Shown: piece after piece, positions 27,891 to 37,032 of the stretch
Numbering within the stretch: the first letter of the stretch is position 1
Layout: every line of letters begins with the position of its first letter
Assembly: GCA_051306195.1 (NCBI GenBank)
Contig: JBPPMT010000105.1
Coordinates: 56,858-120,857 of the forward strand
DNA length: 64,000 nucleotides
Direction of reading: 5' to 3'
DNA from: Solirubrobacterales bacterium
GTDB taxonomy: Bacteria > Actinomycetota > Thermoleophilia > Solirubrobacterales > 70-9
The notes under the pieces: model-generated
What the model was told of the DNA's origin: nothing
Databases searched by the model: none
The model's input: only the letters and a program-made list of their open reading frames with translations
Translations under genes and position numbers: made by a program

Positions 27891-29186
27891 GTGGAGATGA
27901 ACGGCGGCAAGCCGCGAAGCAACGGATCGAATATCGATGACGCGCTCGCGAGGCGTGCACGCCAGCGTGCGCTGATGATCTCCGTCGACACCACGGGCGA
28001 TGCCACCCTGGATGAACTGGGCGAGCTGCTCAGGACGGCCGGTGTGGTCGTTGCCGGCGAGATGATGCAGAGGCGGGCCGAGCCGGACCCCGACCGATAC
28101 TTCGGTCAGGGCAAGCTGGAGGAAGCCAAAGCCGAGATCGAACGCAGCGGGGCCAACCTGGTTGCCTGCGACGACGAGCTCGCTCCGCGCCAGGAAAGGA
28201 ACCTGGAAGCAGCCCTCGGAGTTCCGGTGATCGACCGGACGGCGGTGATCCTCGACATCTTCGCCGACCACGCCCATTCGGCCGAAGGCAAGCTTCAGGT
28301 CGAGCTGGCCCAGCTCGAGTACAACCTCGCCCGGATGAGGGGACTCTGGACCCACCTCGAGCGCCTCGGAGCCGGAATCGGCACCCGTGGCCCCGGTGAG
28401 TCGCAGATCGAGACCGACCGCCGCCTCGCCCGGGACCGGATCGCAAAGCTCCGGCGTCGCCTGGGTGGGGTCGAGCAGAACCGTGGTGTAATGCGCAGCC
28501 GACGCCAGGACTCGGCGCTGCCCCAGGTAGCGCTGGCCGGGTATACGAACGCCGGCAAGTCAACCCTGATGAACGCGATGACCGGCGCCGACGTGAGCAT
28601 CGGCGACCGGCTCTTCCACACGCTTGACCCAACCACCAGGGCCTACGAATTCGAGAGCCGCCGTTACCTGATGACCGACACGGTCGGTTTCATCGACAAG
28701 CTTCCCCATCAGGTGGTCGAAGCTTTCAAGGCAACGCTCGAGGAGACGGTCCTCTCCGACCTGATCCTGCACGTCGTTGATGCCTCCTCGCCCGAAGAAC
28801 AGCTGCAGATGGAGATGCAGGCGGCCGACCTCGTTCTCGGCGAGATCGGGGTCGAGGACAAGCCCAGGTTGCTTGTCCTCAACAAGATCGACCTGCTGAG
28901 CGAAGAGGAACGGGCCGAGGTGCGAATTGCCCATCCGGACGCAATTCCCGTATCGGCGGTGACCGGTGAAGGCCTCGATGAACTGAAGCGGGCGACCGAA
29001 GAAGTTTTCGAGTCGACCATGATGCCGGTCGAGCTCCTGATTCCTTACAGCGAAGGCGCGAGGCTTCACGACCTTCATGAAGTGGCCGGTAAAGTTGCCC
29101 GCAAGGATGGCCCCGAAGGCGTGCTGGTGAAGACCCGGTTGCCGATGGGCGAGATGCACCGATTCGCCGATCTTTCGGTCAACTAG
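27891..29186 (+). CDS. hflX: GTPase HflX
   Basis: 431 aa. HflX N-domain (DRT..ILDIFA.HA.S.EGKLQVELAQL.Y), G1 GYTNAGKST and G4 NKID. Confidence 0.93.
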   Translation: MEMNGGKPRSNGSNIDDALARRARQRALMISVDTTGDATLDELGELLRTAGVVVAGEMMQRRAEPDPDRYFGQGKLEEAKAEIERSGANLVACDDELAPRQERNLEAALGVPVIDRTAVILDIFADHAHSAEGKLQVELAQLEYNLARMRGLWTHLERLGAGIGTRGPGESQIETDRRLARDRIAKLRRRLGGVEQNRGVMRSRRQDSALPQVALAGYTNAGKSTLMNAMTGADVSIGDRLFHTLDPTTRAYEFESRRYLMTDTVGFIDKLPHQVVEAFKATLEETVLSDLILHVVDASSPEEQLQMEMQAADLVLGEIGVEDKPRLLVLNKIDLLSEEERAEVRIAHPDAIPVSAVTGEGLDELKRATEEVFESTMMPVELLIPYSEGARLHDLHEVAGKVARKDGPEGVLVKTRLPMGEMHRFADLSVN

Positions 29187-29188
29187 AG

Positions 29189-29629
29189 TTGGCAACCATG
29201 CAGCTCAACTTCCAGATCCTCGGTGAGAACGCAACCCTTCCGACCCGCGCCCATGAGGGCGATGCCGGACTCGATCTCTACGCTTCCGAACCGGCTCACA
29301 TCGGGCCGGGCGAACGCTGGCAGGTCGCGACTTCGGTTGCGGTCGAGATCCCCGAAGCACATGCCGGCCTGATCCTGCCGCGATCCGGACTTGCGCGAAA
29401 GTCCGGCATCTCGGTGGTCAATGCTCCCGGGCTGATCGACGCAGGATACCGCGGAGAGTTGAAGGTTCTGCTGCTGAACAACGACCCGGCGGAGATATTC
29501 AGGATTCTGCCCGGTGACCGCATCGCGCAGCTCGTGGTGGTCGAGGTGGCGGTTCCCGAACCGGTTGCAGTCGACTCGCTCAGTTCGAGTGAGCGCGGTG
29601 AAGCCGGGTTTGGTTCTAGCGGCCGCTGA
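29189..29629 (+). CDS. dut: dUTP diphosphatase
   Basis: 146 aa with GDAGLDL, PRSGLA, G.ID.GYRGE and RGE.GFGSSG motifs. Confidence 0.93.
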   Translation: MATMQLNFQILGENATLPTRAHEGDAGLDLYASEPAHIGPGERWQVATSVAVEIPEAHAGLILPRSGLARKSGISVVNAPGLIDAGYRGELKVLLLNNDPAEIFRILPGDRIAQLVVVEVAVPEPVAVDSLSSSERGEAGFGSSGR

Positions 29630-30356
29630 AGGCGGCAGCGCGCGCTGTTTCGTGCGCGGCGGCTTCCAGCTGGTCGTCCAGCGGCTCAAGGTCGATCTCA
29701 CCGCCGTGGTGATGCTGGAGCGCCAGCTTGATCAGGTGGTCGGCCAGCCAGGCATTCTTCGGCAGCAGCGGCCCATGCAGGTAGGTGCCGAAGAGGTTGT
29801 CTTCGTGGACGCCTTCGAAGCCGTCCGAACCGTTGTTGCCGTGTCCGGCCTCGACCTCCCCGAGGGGAGTCGCTGATTCACCGAGGTAGGTCCGGCCACC
29901 GTGGTTCTCGAACCCGGCGACCGTTCGTTCCGTGCCGTCCAGGTTGACCGTGATCGCCACCGGGCCGATCAGGCGCTCTCCCGGTTCACGGATCGTCTTC
30001 AAGTCAGCCAGTCCGAGTCCTTCGATGACCTCGTCGGCCAATTGGTAGGAGGTTCCGAGCAACTGGTACCCGCCGCAGACAGCGAGGATCACGGCTCCGT
30101 CCTCCTTGGCGCTCTGGAGGCTGGCCCGTTTTGTCTCGATCAGGTCCGAAGCGACGATCTTCTGATCGCGGTCCTGGCCGCCTCCCATGTAGATCAGGTC
30201 AAATTCCGACGGATCGAAGGTTTCGCCGGTGCCGCAGCGCGTTACTTCGAAGTCGATCCCCCGCCAGCGACACCGCTGCTCCAAGAAGATGATGTTGCCG
30301 CGATCGGCATAGATGTTCATCTGGTCCGGATAGAGGCTGAGCAGGCGAAGCTTCAT
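29616..30356 (-). CDS. gatD: lipid II isoglutaminyl synthase, glutaminase subunit GatD (CobQ/GATase-3 type)
   Basis: 246 aa. Contains MKLRLLSLYPDQMNIYADRGN, the nucleophile motif AVCGGYQLLG and a late His (HGP). Belongs to the murT operon. The 3' end overlaps dut by 14 nt (convergent). Confidence 0.85.
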   Translation of the reverse strand: MKLRLLSLYPDQMNIYADRGNIIFLEQRCRWRGIDFEVTRCGTGETFDPSEFDLIYMGGGQDRDQKIVASDLIETKRASLQSAKEDGAVILAVCGGYQLLGTSYQLADEVIEGLGLADLKTIREPGERLIGPVAITVNLDGTERTVAGFENHGGRTYLGESATPLGEVEAGHGNNGSDGFEGVHEDNLFGTYLHGPLLPKNAWLADHLIKLALQHHHGGEIDLEPLDDQLEAAAHETARAAAFSGR

Positions 30357-30372
30357 CGGGCAAGCCTAGGGG

Positions 30373-31128
30373 TCATGACGAGCGGACATCGTGTCGGGCG
30401 ACAACTACGACTGAAGCGATGTGCCGGTCTGTCTCGGGGATTTCGATGGTCCGATCGACCACCAGCCCATGTTCGGACAGCTCCCCGGCCAGCGAGTCGC
30501 GGTCCATCAGGTCGAGGGTGATCCGGTCCTGGGACTCATCGAGCGATCCGTGCGAGTCGACAACCTGGCGCAGCCGGACGACGGTCAGGGAATCATCGTC
30601 GGCTTCGACCGCAACCGGTCGGCTGGCGTACACCGAATGGCCTACTTCCCGAAGGTCCGGGAGGATCTCGACCGTCTGGCTCTCCTGACGAACGAGTTCC
30701 GAGATCGCGAAGGCCGCGAGCCCGTCAGGTTCGAGGCGGAGCTTCACTCCGGCCAGCAACTGCCGCCGCTTCGCAGCCCCGCCGACGATATGAAGCAGTT
30801 GTTGAGGGGCGATGATCGCTTCGAACCGGTCCTTGCCCAGGCCCAGGGAGGCGATTTCGGCGACGTCGCCGACGATTGCGGAGATTCCGTCTTCGGTCGA
30901 GAGGCGGGAAAGGTTGGCCACCATTGCGGCGTCCCGGTCCACGCCGACGACGGTTCTTCCTTGGTCAGCTAGATGTCGAGCCACCCGGCCGATGCCACAT
31001 CCGAGATCGAGAACGGATGCGGAGTCTTCGGTCAGCTGCGACCAGATCGGAAGGTCGGCCCCGTAGGCGCAGGATTCGACCAGCTGCCAGATCGACTCAA
31101 CGTCAGAAGCCTGATCGGCGAGGATCAA
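30373..31128 (-). CDS. class I SAM-dependent methyltransferase embedded between murT and gatD
   Basis: 251 aa with SAM motif I VLDLGCGIGR and post-I acidic VGVDRD. The start overlaps the murT stop by 4 nt. The stop is 16 nt before the gatD start. Confidence 0.8.
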   Translation of the reverse strand: MILADQASDVESIWQLVESCAYGADLPIWSQLTEDSASVLDLGCGIGRVARHLADQGRTVVGVDRDAAMVANLSRLSTEDGISAIVGDVAEIASLGLGKDRFEAIIAPQQLLHIVGGAAKRRQLLAGVKLRLEPDGLAAFAISELVRQESQTVEILPDLREVGHSVYASRPVAVEADDDSLTVVRLRQVVDSHGSLDESQDRITLDLMDRDSLAGELSEHGLVVDRTIEIPETDRHIASVVVVARHDVRSS

Positions 31129-32477
31129 CCTTCCCAGTACCTCTCGGCGTCTCCCTGGTCCGCAAGCTGCTTTCGCAGTTCGAGCAGGGCCGTGTAGGTG
31201 GGCATGGCGAAGAGCTTCTCCGGTCTCCGGGACAGCGCCTCCCCAAGCCCCTTTTCGATCCCGTCGACCACGGTGATCCGGTCGGTGTCCCAGCCGCCGT
31301 ACTTGAGCCGCAGGGCCATCTCGGACCCCCGGGTGCCGGTGCAGATGATCGAGTTCACATGTTCGGAGAGCATCTCGAAGTCCGCGTCCCAGATCCAGGA
31401 GACGTCCCGTCCGTCGGCGATCCTGTCGTTCAATGCGATCCAGAGGTCGAGCTTGCCCGACTCGAGTGCCAGCGTCCGGATGACCTCGTTCGCTCCGGCA
31501 GGGTTCTTGATCAAGAGGATTGAAAGCTCGGTCTCGTCGATCTGGATGCGCTCGACCCTTCCGAACACCGCCTTCATGGTGGCCAGGCTCTGAACCGATT
31601 TGGTCACCGAAATCCCGAGGGTCGATGCCGTCGCGATCGCCCCCAGAGCGTTGTAGAGGTTATACAGCCCCGGCAGGGGCAGTTTCAGGCGGGCACTGCC
31701 GTCAGGGCCGACGATCGTCGCCTCGACGCCGCTCATGCCCTTGAGCTCGATCCCAGTCGCGTACACCTGGGGCGCGGGCCGCTTCATGCCGCAGTTCGGA
31801 CAGGCGTAGTGGCCGAGGTGACCGACGAAAGCCCGCTGGTAGTCAAGTGCGTGGCCGCAAACCCGGCATTGCTTGGCGTCGTGGGCATGTTGGATCTCGG
31901 CGAGGGCCTGGTTTTCGTCTTCGATCCCGAAGTAGGTGGTGTCCGTGCCCGAGTAGCGGCCGATGTCGGCGACCAGGGGATCGTCTGCATTGAGGATGAA
32001 GCCGGTGTCACCGGCCCTGGACTCCGCCAGCTTCACCCAGGCGTCGGCCAGGGCCTCGGTTTCCCCGTAGCGGTCGAGCTGGTCCCGAAAGAGGTTGCCC
32101 AGCAGGATGGCCCGCGGATGGAGGCGGGCGGCCGTCTCGGGAAGCCATGCCTCGTCCACCTCGAAAAGGCCTTCGTCACCTTTCTGCTCGAGCAGGGCGG
32201 TGGCGACGCCCCAGGTCATGTTCGATCCCGACCGGTTGTGGACCGGGTGGCGTCCGGCACTGATCAATATCGAAGCGAGCATCGAGGCCGTCGTTGTTTT
32301 GCCATTGGTCGCGCTGATCAGGGTCGAGCCGTGGGGCAGGCCCGAGCCCAGCTTGCTGAGGGCCTGCGGGTCGAGCTTGAGCAGTACCCGTCCGGGCAGG
32401 GTCGTGCCGCCGCCCCTGCCAGTCAAACGGCTGAGTCGCCCGATCAGCCGGGCAAATCCGGCCTTGAGCTTGATCAA
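31125..32477 (-). CDS. murT: lipid II isoglutaminyl synthase, Mur-ligase-like subunit MurT
   Basis: 450 aa. ATP-binding motif ATNGKTTT, Cys4 ribbon CRVCGHAL...CPNCG and a DUF1727-like C-terminus. Confidence 0.88.
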   Translation of the reverse strand: MIKLKAGFARLIGRLSRLTGRGGGTTLPGRVLLKLDPQALSKLGSGLPHGSTLISATNGKTTTASMLASILISAGRHPVHNRSGSNMTWGVATALLEQKGDEGLFEVDEAWLPETAARLHPRAILLGNLFRDQLDRYGETEALADAWVKLAESRAGDTGFILNADDPLVADIGRYSGTDTTYFGIEDENQALAEIQHAHDAKQCRVCGHALDYQRAFVGHLGHYACPNCGMKRPAPQVYATGIELKGMSGVEATIVGPDGSARLKLPLPGLYNLYNALGAIATASTLGISVTKSVQSLATMKAVFGRVERIQIDETELSILLIKNPAGANEVIRTLALESGKLDLWIALNDRIADGRDVSWIWDADFEMLSEHVNSIICTGTRGSEMALRLKYGGWDTDRITVVDGIEKGLGEALSRRPEKLFAMPTYTALLELRKQLADQGDAERYWEG

Positions 32478-33370
32478 GGGGTTTCTCCAGGCACGATCAT
32501 GTAGAGCGCGCTGGGCAGGACCCGGACCTTCGCCGGCAGTTCGGTGAGCGGATCTCCGTCGGCATAAACGGTCAGGGGCCGACTGGCACGGATCTCGAGC
32601 GAGGTGGCCTGCCAGGACTCGACCTCTTCGTTCTTCACGTGGGTGCCTCTGAAGACCTTCGGCAGATCCATCAGGAACCTCAGCTTGGGGGCGTCACCGA
32701 TCACGACCACATCGAGCTTGCCGTCAGTCAGGTCCGCATCGGGCGCGACCTTCATTCCGCCACCGTAGTACTTGTTATTGCCGACGGCGACGGTATATCC
32801 CGTGTATCGGGTCTGGACACCGCCCTCGATCAGCGCGAACCGCTCTGGCTTCCAGCCGACCAGCGCCCGCAGGGCCGCGTAGGCGTAAACGAGGGTGCCT
32901 TTCAGGACCTTGGCATCGTTGGCGATCCGGTTTGCCTCCGAATCGAACCCGACTGAAGCAATGCCGAGAAAGCGCGCTCCGTTGGCTTCGCCGACGTCGA
33001 TCGCCTTCTCGAAGCCGTGATCGATACAGCTGACGGCTCCGGCCGCGTCGGTCGGGATTCCAAGTCCCCGGGCCAGGTCGTTGCCGCGGCCCGCCGGGAT
33101 GATTCCGAGGGCAGCATCGACCCCGGCCATCGCGCCGCCGACCGCTCCGATCAATCCATCGCCACTCATGACGACCGGAACTTCATTGGCTTCGATCGCG
33201 TCCATGGCCAAATCGATCCCGTGCCCGGTCGATCGGGTCCGTTCGACCCGGAAGACCATTCGGCGCTCATCGAACTGCTTCTCGACATCGGGCAGCATTC
33301 TCAGGGCGCGACCGCCACCGGCACTCGGATTGACGATCAGCGCGTAGTTCTTCTCGATGGGCAGGGTCAT
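32474..33370 (-). CDS. diacylglycerol-kinase-family lipid kinase (YegS/BmrU type)
   Basis: 298 aa. LIVNPSAGGG and SGDGLIGAVGG form the DAGK catalytic domain. 4-nt overlap with the murT start. Confidence 0.85.
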   Translation of the reverse strand: MTLPIEKNYALIVNPSAGGGRALRMLPDVEKQFDERRMVFRVERTRSTGHGIDLAMDAIEANEVPVVMSGDGLIGAVGGAMAGVDAALGIIPAGRGNDLARGLGIPTDAAGAVSCIDHGFEKAIDVGEANGARFLGIASVGFDSEANRIANDAKVLKGTLVYAYAALRALVGWKPERFALIEGGVQTRYTGYTVAVGNNKYYGGGMKVAPDADLTDGKLDVVVIGDAPKLRFLMDLPKVFRGTHVKNEEVESWQATSLEIRASRPLTVYADGDPLTELPAKVRVLPSALYMIVPGETP

Positions 33371-34021
33371 CTAGTCGGATTCCTTTTTCGCCGCGAACCA
33401 GGTGCCTTTGCCGACGGTCCCGGTTTCGATTGCGGTGAATCCGAGTTTGGCGAACTTTCGGCGAAGCAGGTCGTCCGGGGTGGAGAAGGGTGTGTTCTGC
33501 CCACTGCTGGAAGCGATCACAACATGTCCACCAGGTCGGAGGACCCGGTTGATCTCGGCGAAGAAGACGGGCATGTTGGTCTGCGCCACCAGGTCGTAGT
33601 TCTCGTCGGGATAAGGGAGCTTCGAGGCATCTCCGATGCGAAAGGCGATCCGGGCCTCGGGGTCGAGACCGATTCGCGCGTTGGCCTGATCGATCATCCC
33701 GCTCGAGAGATCGACTCCCCGCACCCGTGCCCGTGGGAACTCACGAGCCAGAAAGAAGGTGGTGGCCCCGGTCCCACAGCCGATGTCGAGGATCCGCTCG
33801 GGCGGTGGCTTCACTTTGAGCACTCCGGATGCGAGCGGAGCCAGGTGCTCGACCGAACCGGCCCCAGTCCGGTTGTCCCAGCCCGGGGATGCCCGGTCGA
33901 AAAAGCTCATCACCGGCCGGCAGATCAAGGGCCACGCCCAAGGGAGCCGTGCGGCCACCAGGCTGATGGTCCTGCCGATCCTGATGGTCTTCCTGTCGGG
34001 CGAGGATGGTTGCTCGGGCAC
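33371..34021 (-). CDS. class I SAM-dependent methyltransferase
   Basis: 216 aa with ILDIGCGTGA, GVDLS and a Methyltransf_11-like core. Its stop TAG directly abuts the kinase ATG (TAGATG). Confidence 0.8.
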   Translation of the reverse strand: MPEQPSSPDRKTIRIGRTISLVAARLPWAWPLICRPVMSFFDRASPGWDNRTGAGSVEHLAPLASGVLKVKPPPERILDIGCGTGATTFFLAREFPRARVRGVDLSSGMIDQANARIGLDPEARIAFRIGDASKLPYPDENYDLVAQTNMPVFFAEINRVLRPGGHVVIASSSGQNTPFSTPDDLLRRKFAKLGFTAIETGTVGKGTWFAAKKESD

Positions 34022-34066
34022 CTTCTGATCATCTCAACTCGGCTCGCCGTTAGTTACGCTCATGGC

Positions 34067-34711
34067 ATGAAAGATCGGGACAAGCTCATCACCCTTGGAG
34101 TCGTCGGCGCAATTCTGGCCGTCGTTGTCGTCGTAGTTCTGGTTTCCCGGGGAGGTGGGGAAAGTGAAAGTGACCCGGCCACCGTCGAGGTGAAGACCGG
34201 GAAACTCGACAAACCGACCCAGGTGGTCGAACGGGGGGAACCGGCAAGTGTGGTCATGGAGACCTCGGAAGGCTCCTTCACGATCGAACTTGACACCGAG
34301 CGTGCCCCGGTCACCACGAACAACTTTGCGTACCTCACCGAAGAAGGTTTCTATGACGGCCTGGGCTTCCACCGGATCGTTCCTGACTTCGTCATCCAGG
34401 GAGGGGATCCGAAGGGCGACGGGACCGGCGGCCCCGGCTACAAGGTCACCGAGGCACCACCGGCAGACCTCAAGTACGAGCTCGGAGTCGTGGCCATGGC
34501 CAAGTCCGGGGCCGAGGCTCCAGGAACTTCCGGCAGCCAGTTCTACGTGGTCACCGGGCCGAACGGCGCTTCTCTGCCGCCCGAGTATGCGCTGGTAGGC
34601 AACGTCACCGAGGGCCTTGATGTTGTCGAGAAGATCGGCAAACTGGGCGGACCAGACGAGATGCCGACCAAGGACATCGTGATCGAAAAGGCAACGCTGG
34701 AGAAGGGCTGA
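34067..34711 (+). CDS. membrane-anchored peptidyl-prolyl cis-trans isomerase (cyclophilin type)
   Basis: 214 aa from ATG 34067. N-terminal TM helix, then FHRIVPDFVIQGGDP.GDGTGGPGY and SGSQFYV. The 564-aa ORF in the track is an upstream antisense artefact. Confidence 0.9.
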   Translation: MKDRDKLITLGVVGAILAVVVVVVLVSRGGGESESDPATVEVKTGKLDKPTQVVERGEPASVVMETSEGSFTIELDTERAPVTTNNFAYLTEEGFYDGLGFHRIVPDFVIQGGDPKGDGTGGPGYKVTEAPPADLKYELGVVAMAKSGAEAPGTSGSQFYVVTGPNGASLPPEYALVGNVTEGLDVVEKIGKLGGPDEMPTKDIVIEKATLEKG

Positions 34712-34715
34712 CCGG

Positions 34716-35564
34716 GTGGGAACTTCTTTGGACGGGCCGGTCGAGTTCGAAGTCGCGACGGAAGGGTCGTACATACGCGGTGAAACCCTCGGCGAGGGTG
34801 GACCGGACCTCTTCCTCTGCCACGGGTTGAGTGCTGCCCGCAGCTACGTCGTTCACGGTTCCAAGTTCCTGCCGAGGGCCGGATTCTGCCTCAATACCTA
34901 CGACGCCCGCGGGCATGGTGAGTCTGCTCCCGCACCGGTCTACGACTATGAGCATCTGGCCGACGACCTCGAAAAGGTGGTCGAGGAACGGCGGCAGGAT
35001 GACCAGCTCGTCCTCGGTGGCCATTCGATGGGGTGCCACGCGGCGGTGACGCTGGCCCTGAGGCAGCCTGACCAGGTAGATGCGCTGATACTCGTCGGAC
35101 CGGTTTACACCGGCGCCGGGGAAGACCTGGACATCGGGCGCTGGGACGAACGGGCAGACGCCCTCGAGAACGGCGGCCCGGCGGAATTTGCGAGGGTGAT
35201 CGGTGAGCGCGTGACTGCTGCTCCCGATATCAAGGAGACGATCATGCGGCTGGCCGAAAGGCGAGCTGCTCTCCACCTTCACCCGGAGGCCGTGGCCGCG
35301 GCGCTCAGGCAAGTGCCTCGATCACGACCCTTCGTTGAACTTGACGACCTGAAGGCTCTCGGGATGCCGGTCTTGGTGGTCGCAAGCCACGACGATGCCG
35401 ACGACGGCCACCCCTACGCGGTGGCAGAGAGCTATGCCGCGGCCCTTCCGCGGGCCGAGATGGTGAGTGAAGAGAAAGGCGAGTCGCCACTCTCCTGGCA
35501 GGGTGGGCGGCTTTCCCGCGAGATCGGCCGGTTCCTCGCCGAGCGGGGGCTGCCCGGCCGGTAG
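34716..35564 (+). CDS. alpha/beta hydrolase
   Basis: 282 aa. HG oxyanion motif (FLCHGL) and nucleophile elbow GHSMG. Confidence 0.8.
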   Translation: MGTSLDGPVEFEVATEGSYIRGETLGEGGPDLFLCHGLSAARSYVVHGSKFLPRAGFCLNTYDARGHGESAPAPVYDYEHLADDLEKVVEERRQDDQLVLGGHSMGCHAAVTLALRQPDQVDALILVGPVYTGAGEDLDIGRWDERADALENGGPAEFARVIGERVTAAPDIKETIMRLAERRAALHLHPEAVAAALRQVPRSRPFVELDDLKALGMPVLVVASHDDADDGHPYAVAESYAAALPRAEMVSEEKGESPLSWQGGRLSREIGRFLAERGLPGR

Positions 35565-35574
35565 CCTGTGATTC

Positions 35575-36540
35575 GTGGATTCCGCGACGACATCATCAGG
35601 ATCGGCGGGGGCGCCAGGCGAGGCGCCCGCACCCGGCATGAAGTGGATTCCCGGCGGGACCTTCGCCATGGGGAGCGAGCGGCACTACCCCGAAGAAGCA
35701 CCGGCCGGGCCCGTCAGCGTCGACGGGTTCTGGATGGACGAAACCGCGGTCACCAACGTCGACTACGCCCGCTTCGTCGAAGACACGGGGTACCTGACCG
35801 TTGCTGAGAAAGCTCCGGACCCGGAAATGTACCCAGGTGCCGATCCGGCGATGCTGGTACCCGGGTCGATCACCTTCGACCAGCCAAGGGCCCCGGTCGA
35901 CATGAGCAATCCGATGGCCTGGTGGGCCTGGACCCCCGGCGCGAACTGGCGCCATCCCTGGGGGCCAGCGAGCAATCTGGAAGGCAAGGACGACCATCCG
36001 GTGACTCAGGTCAGTTACGAAGATGCCGATGCCTATGCGCGCTGGGCCAGCAAGAGGCTGCCGACCGAGGCACAGTGGGAGAGGGCCGGCCGCGGCGGAC
36101 TGGAAGGGGCCGAATTTGCCTGGGGCGAAGACCTTGCTCCTGACGGCCAGGAGCGCATGAATCGCTGGATCGGCGAGTTCCCCTGGAAGTTCCGGCCACG
36201 AAAAGGCGGGCCACGCAAACCCGGAACCGTTGCCGTCAGGACCTACGAACCGAACCCCTATGGCCTGTACGAAGTGACGGGCAACACCTGGGAATGGACG
36301 ACGACCTGGTTCTCGGACAGACATGAAGAGCCGACATCGAGGTGCTGTGCGCCGAGCAATCCCCGAGGTCCGAGCGTTGATGCCAGCCGCGATCCGGCGA
36401 GTGGCATCCCGCGAAAGGTGATCAAAGGCGGATCATTCCTTTGCGCCGAGAACTACTGCAGCAGGTACCGGCCCGCCTCCCGCATTCCGGAGAGCATCGA
36501 GAGCGCTACCTGCCACGTCTCCTTCCGCTGCGTCGCTTAG
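35575..36540 (+). CDS. formylglycine-generating enzyme family protein (SUMF1/EgtB/PvdO fold)
   Basis: 321 aa. Contains WIPGGTFAMGS, PV..V.W.DA.AYARWA.KRLPTEAQWE, NPYGLY...GN.WEW and GGSFLC. The start may instead be ATG 35638. Confidence 0.85.
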   Translation: MDSATTSSGSAGAPGEAPAPGMKWIPGGTFAMGSERHYPEEAPAGPVSVDGFWMDETAVTNVDYARFVEDTGYLTVAEKAPDPEMYPGADPAMLVPGSITFDQPRAPVDMSNPMAWWAWTPGANWRHPWGPASNLEGKDDHPVTQVSYEDADAYARWASKRLPTEAQWERAGRGGLEGAEFAWGEDLAPDGQERMNRWIGEFPWKFRPRKGGPRKPGTVAVRTYEPNPYGLYEVTGNTWEWTTTWFSDRHEEPTSRCCAPSNPRGPSVDASRDPASGIPRKVIKGGSFLCAENYCSRYRPASRIPESIESATCHVSFRCVA

Positions 36541-36544
36541 AGTG

Positions 36545-36573
36545 AACCTCCGGTCACTTGCCGGAGGTTTTTT
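36545..36573 (+). terminator. intrinsic terminator
   Basis: AACCTCCGG (36545-36553) pairs with CCGGAGGTT (36561-36569), followed by a T-run to 36573. Confidence 0.8.
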
Positions 36574-36585
36574 GTCCGAGTTGAA

Positions 36586-37032
36586 ATGAGTGGAGGGAAT
36601 CTGATGGAGACGAGTGGTTCGAAAGTGCCTGGCGGTTCGGCCGCATGGGCTTCATGGGTGGCCTTCGCCGGCATCATGATGATGCTGACCGGTGTGTTCA
36701 GCGTGATCGCCGGTCTGGCAGCCGCGTTTGACGACAGCTACTTCACGCGAGGTACTGCCGGTGGTGACATTTACCTTCTGAGCGTTCAGGCGGTAGGAAT
36801 CATCTGGCTGGTCACTGGAGTCATCAAGGCATGGGCCGGTTACGCCCTGATCCAGGGTCGCACCTGGGCACGGATCCTGACCATTGCGCTCTGCTTCTTC
36901 CACGCGGTCGTCGACATGATCACCCTGACCACACAGCCGATCCTCGGCCTGGTGTTCATCGCCTTCAACATCACCATCCTTTACGCGGTGACCGTGCGCT
37001 GGGATGCCGCCAAGGAAGGCATGGGGGACTGA
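36586..37032 (+). CDS. four-TM membrane protein, function unknown
   Basis: 148 aa with four hydrophobic spans and coding-like third-position GC. Confidence 0.6.
   Translation: MSGGNLMETSGSKVPGGSAAWASWVAFAGIMMMLTGVFSVIAGLAAAFDDSYFTRGTAGGDIYLLSVQAVGIIWLVTGVIKAWAGYALIQGRTWARILTIALCFFHAVVDMITLTTQPILGLVFIAFNITILYAVTVRWDAAKEGMGD

Noticed and set aside
33017-34066. N-terminal 350 codons of the 564-aa ORF 33017-34711.
   Set aside because: This part is antisense to the lipid kinase and methyltransferase genes. The cyclophilin homology starts only after ATG 34067, with a TM anchor.
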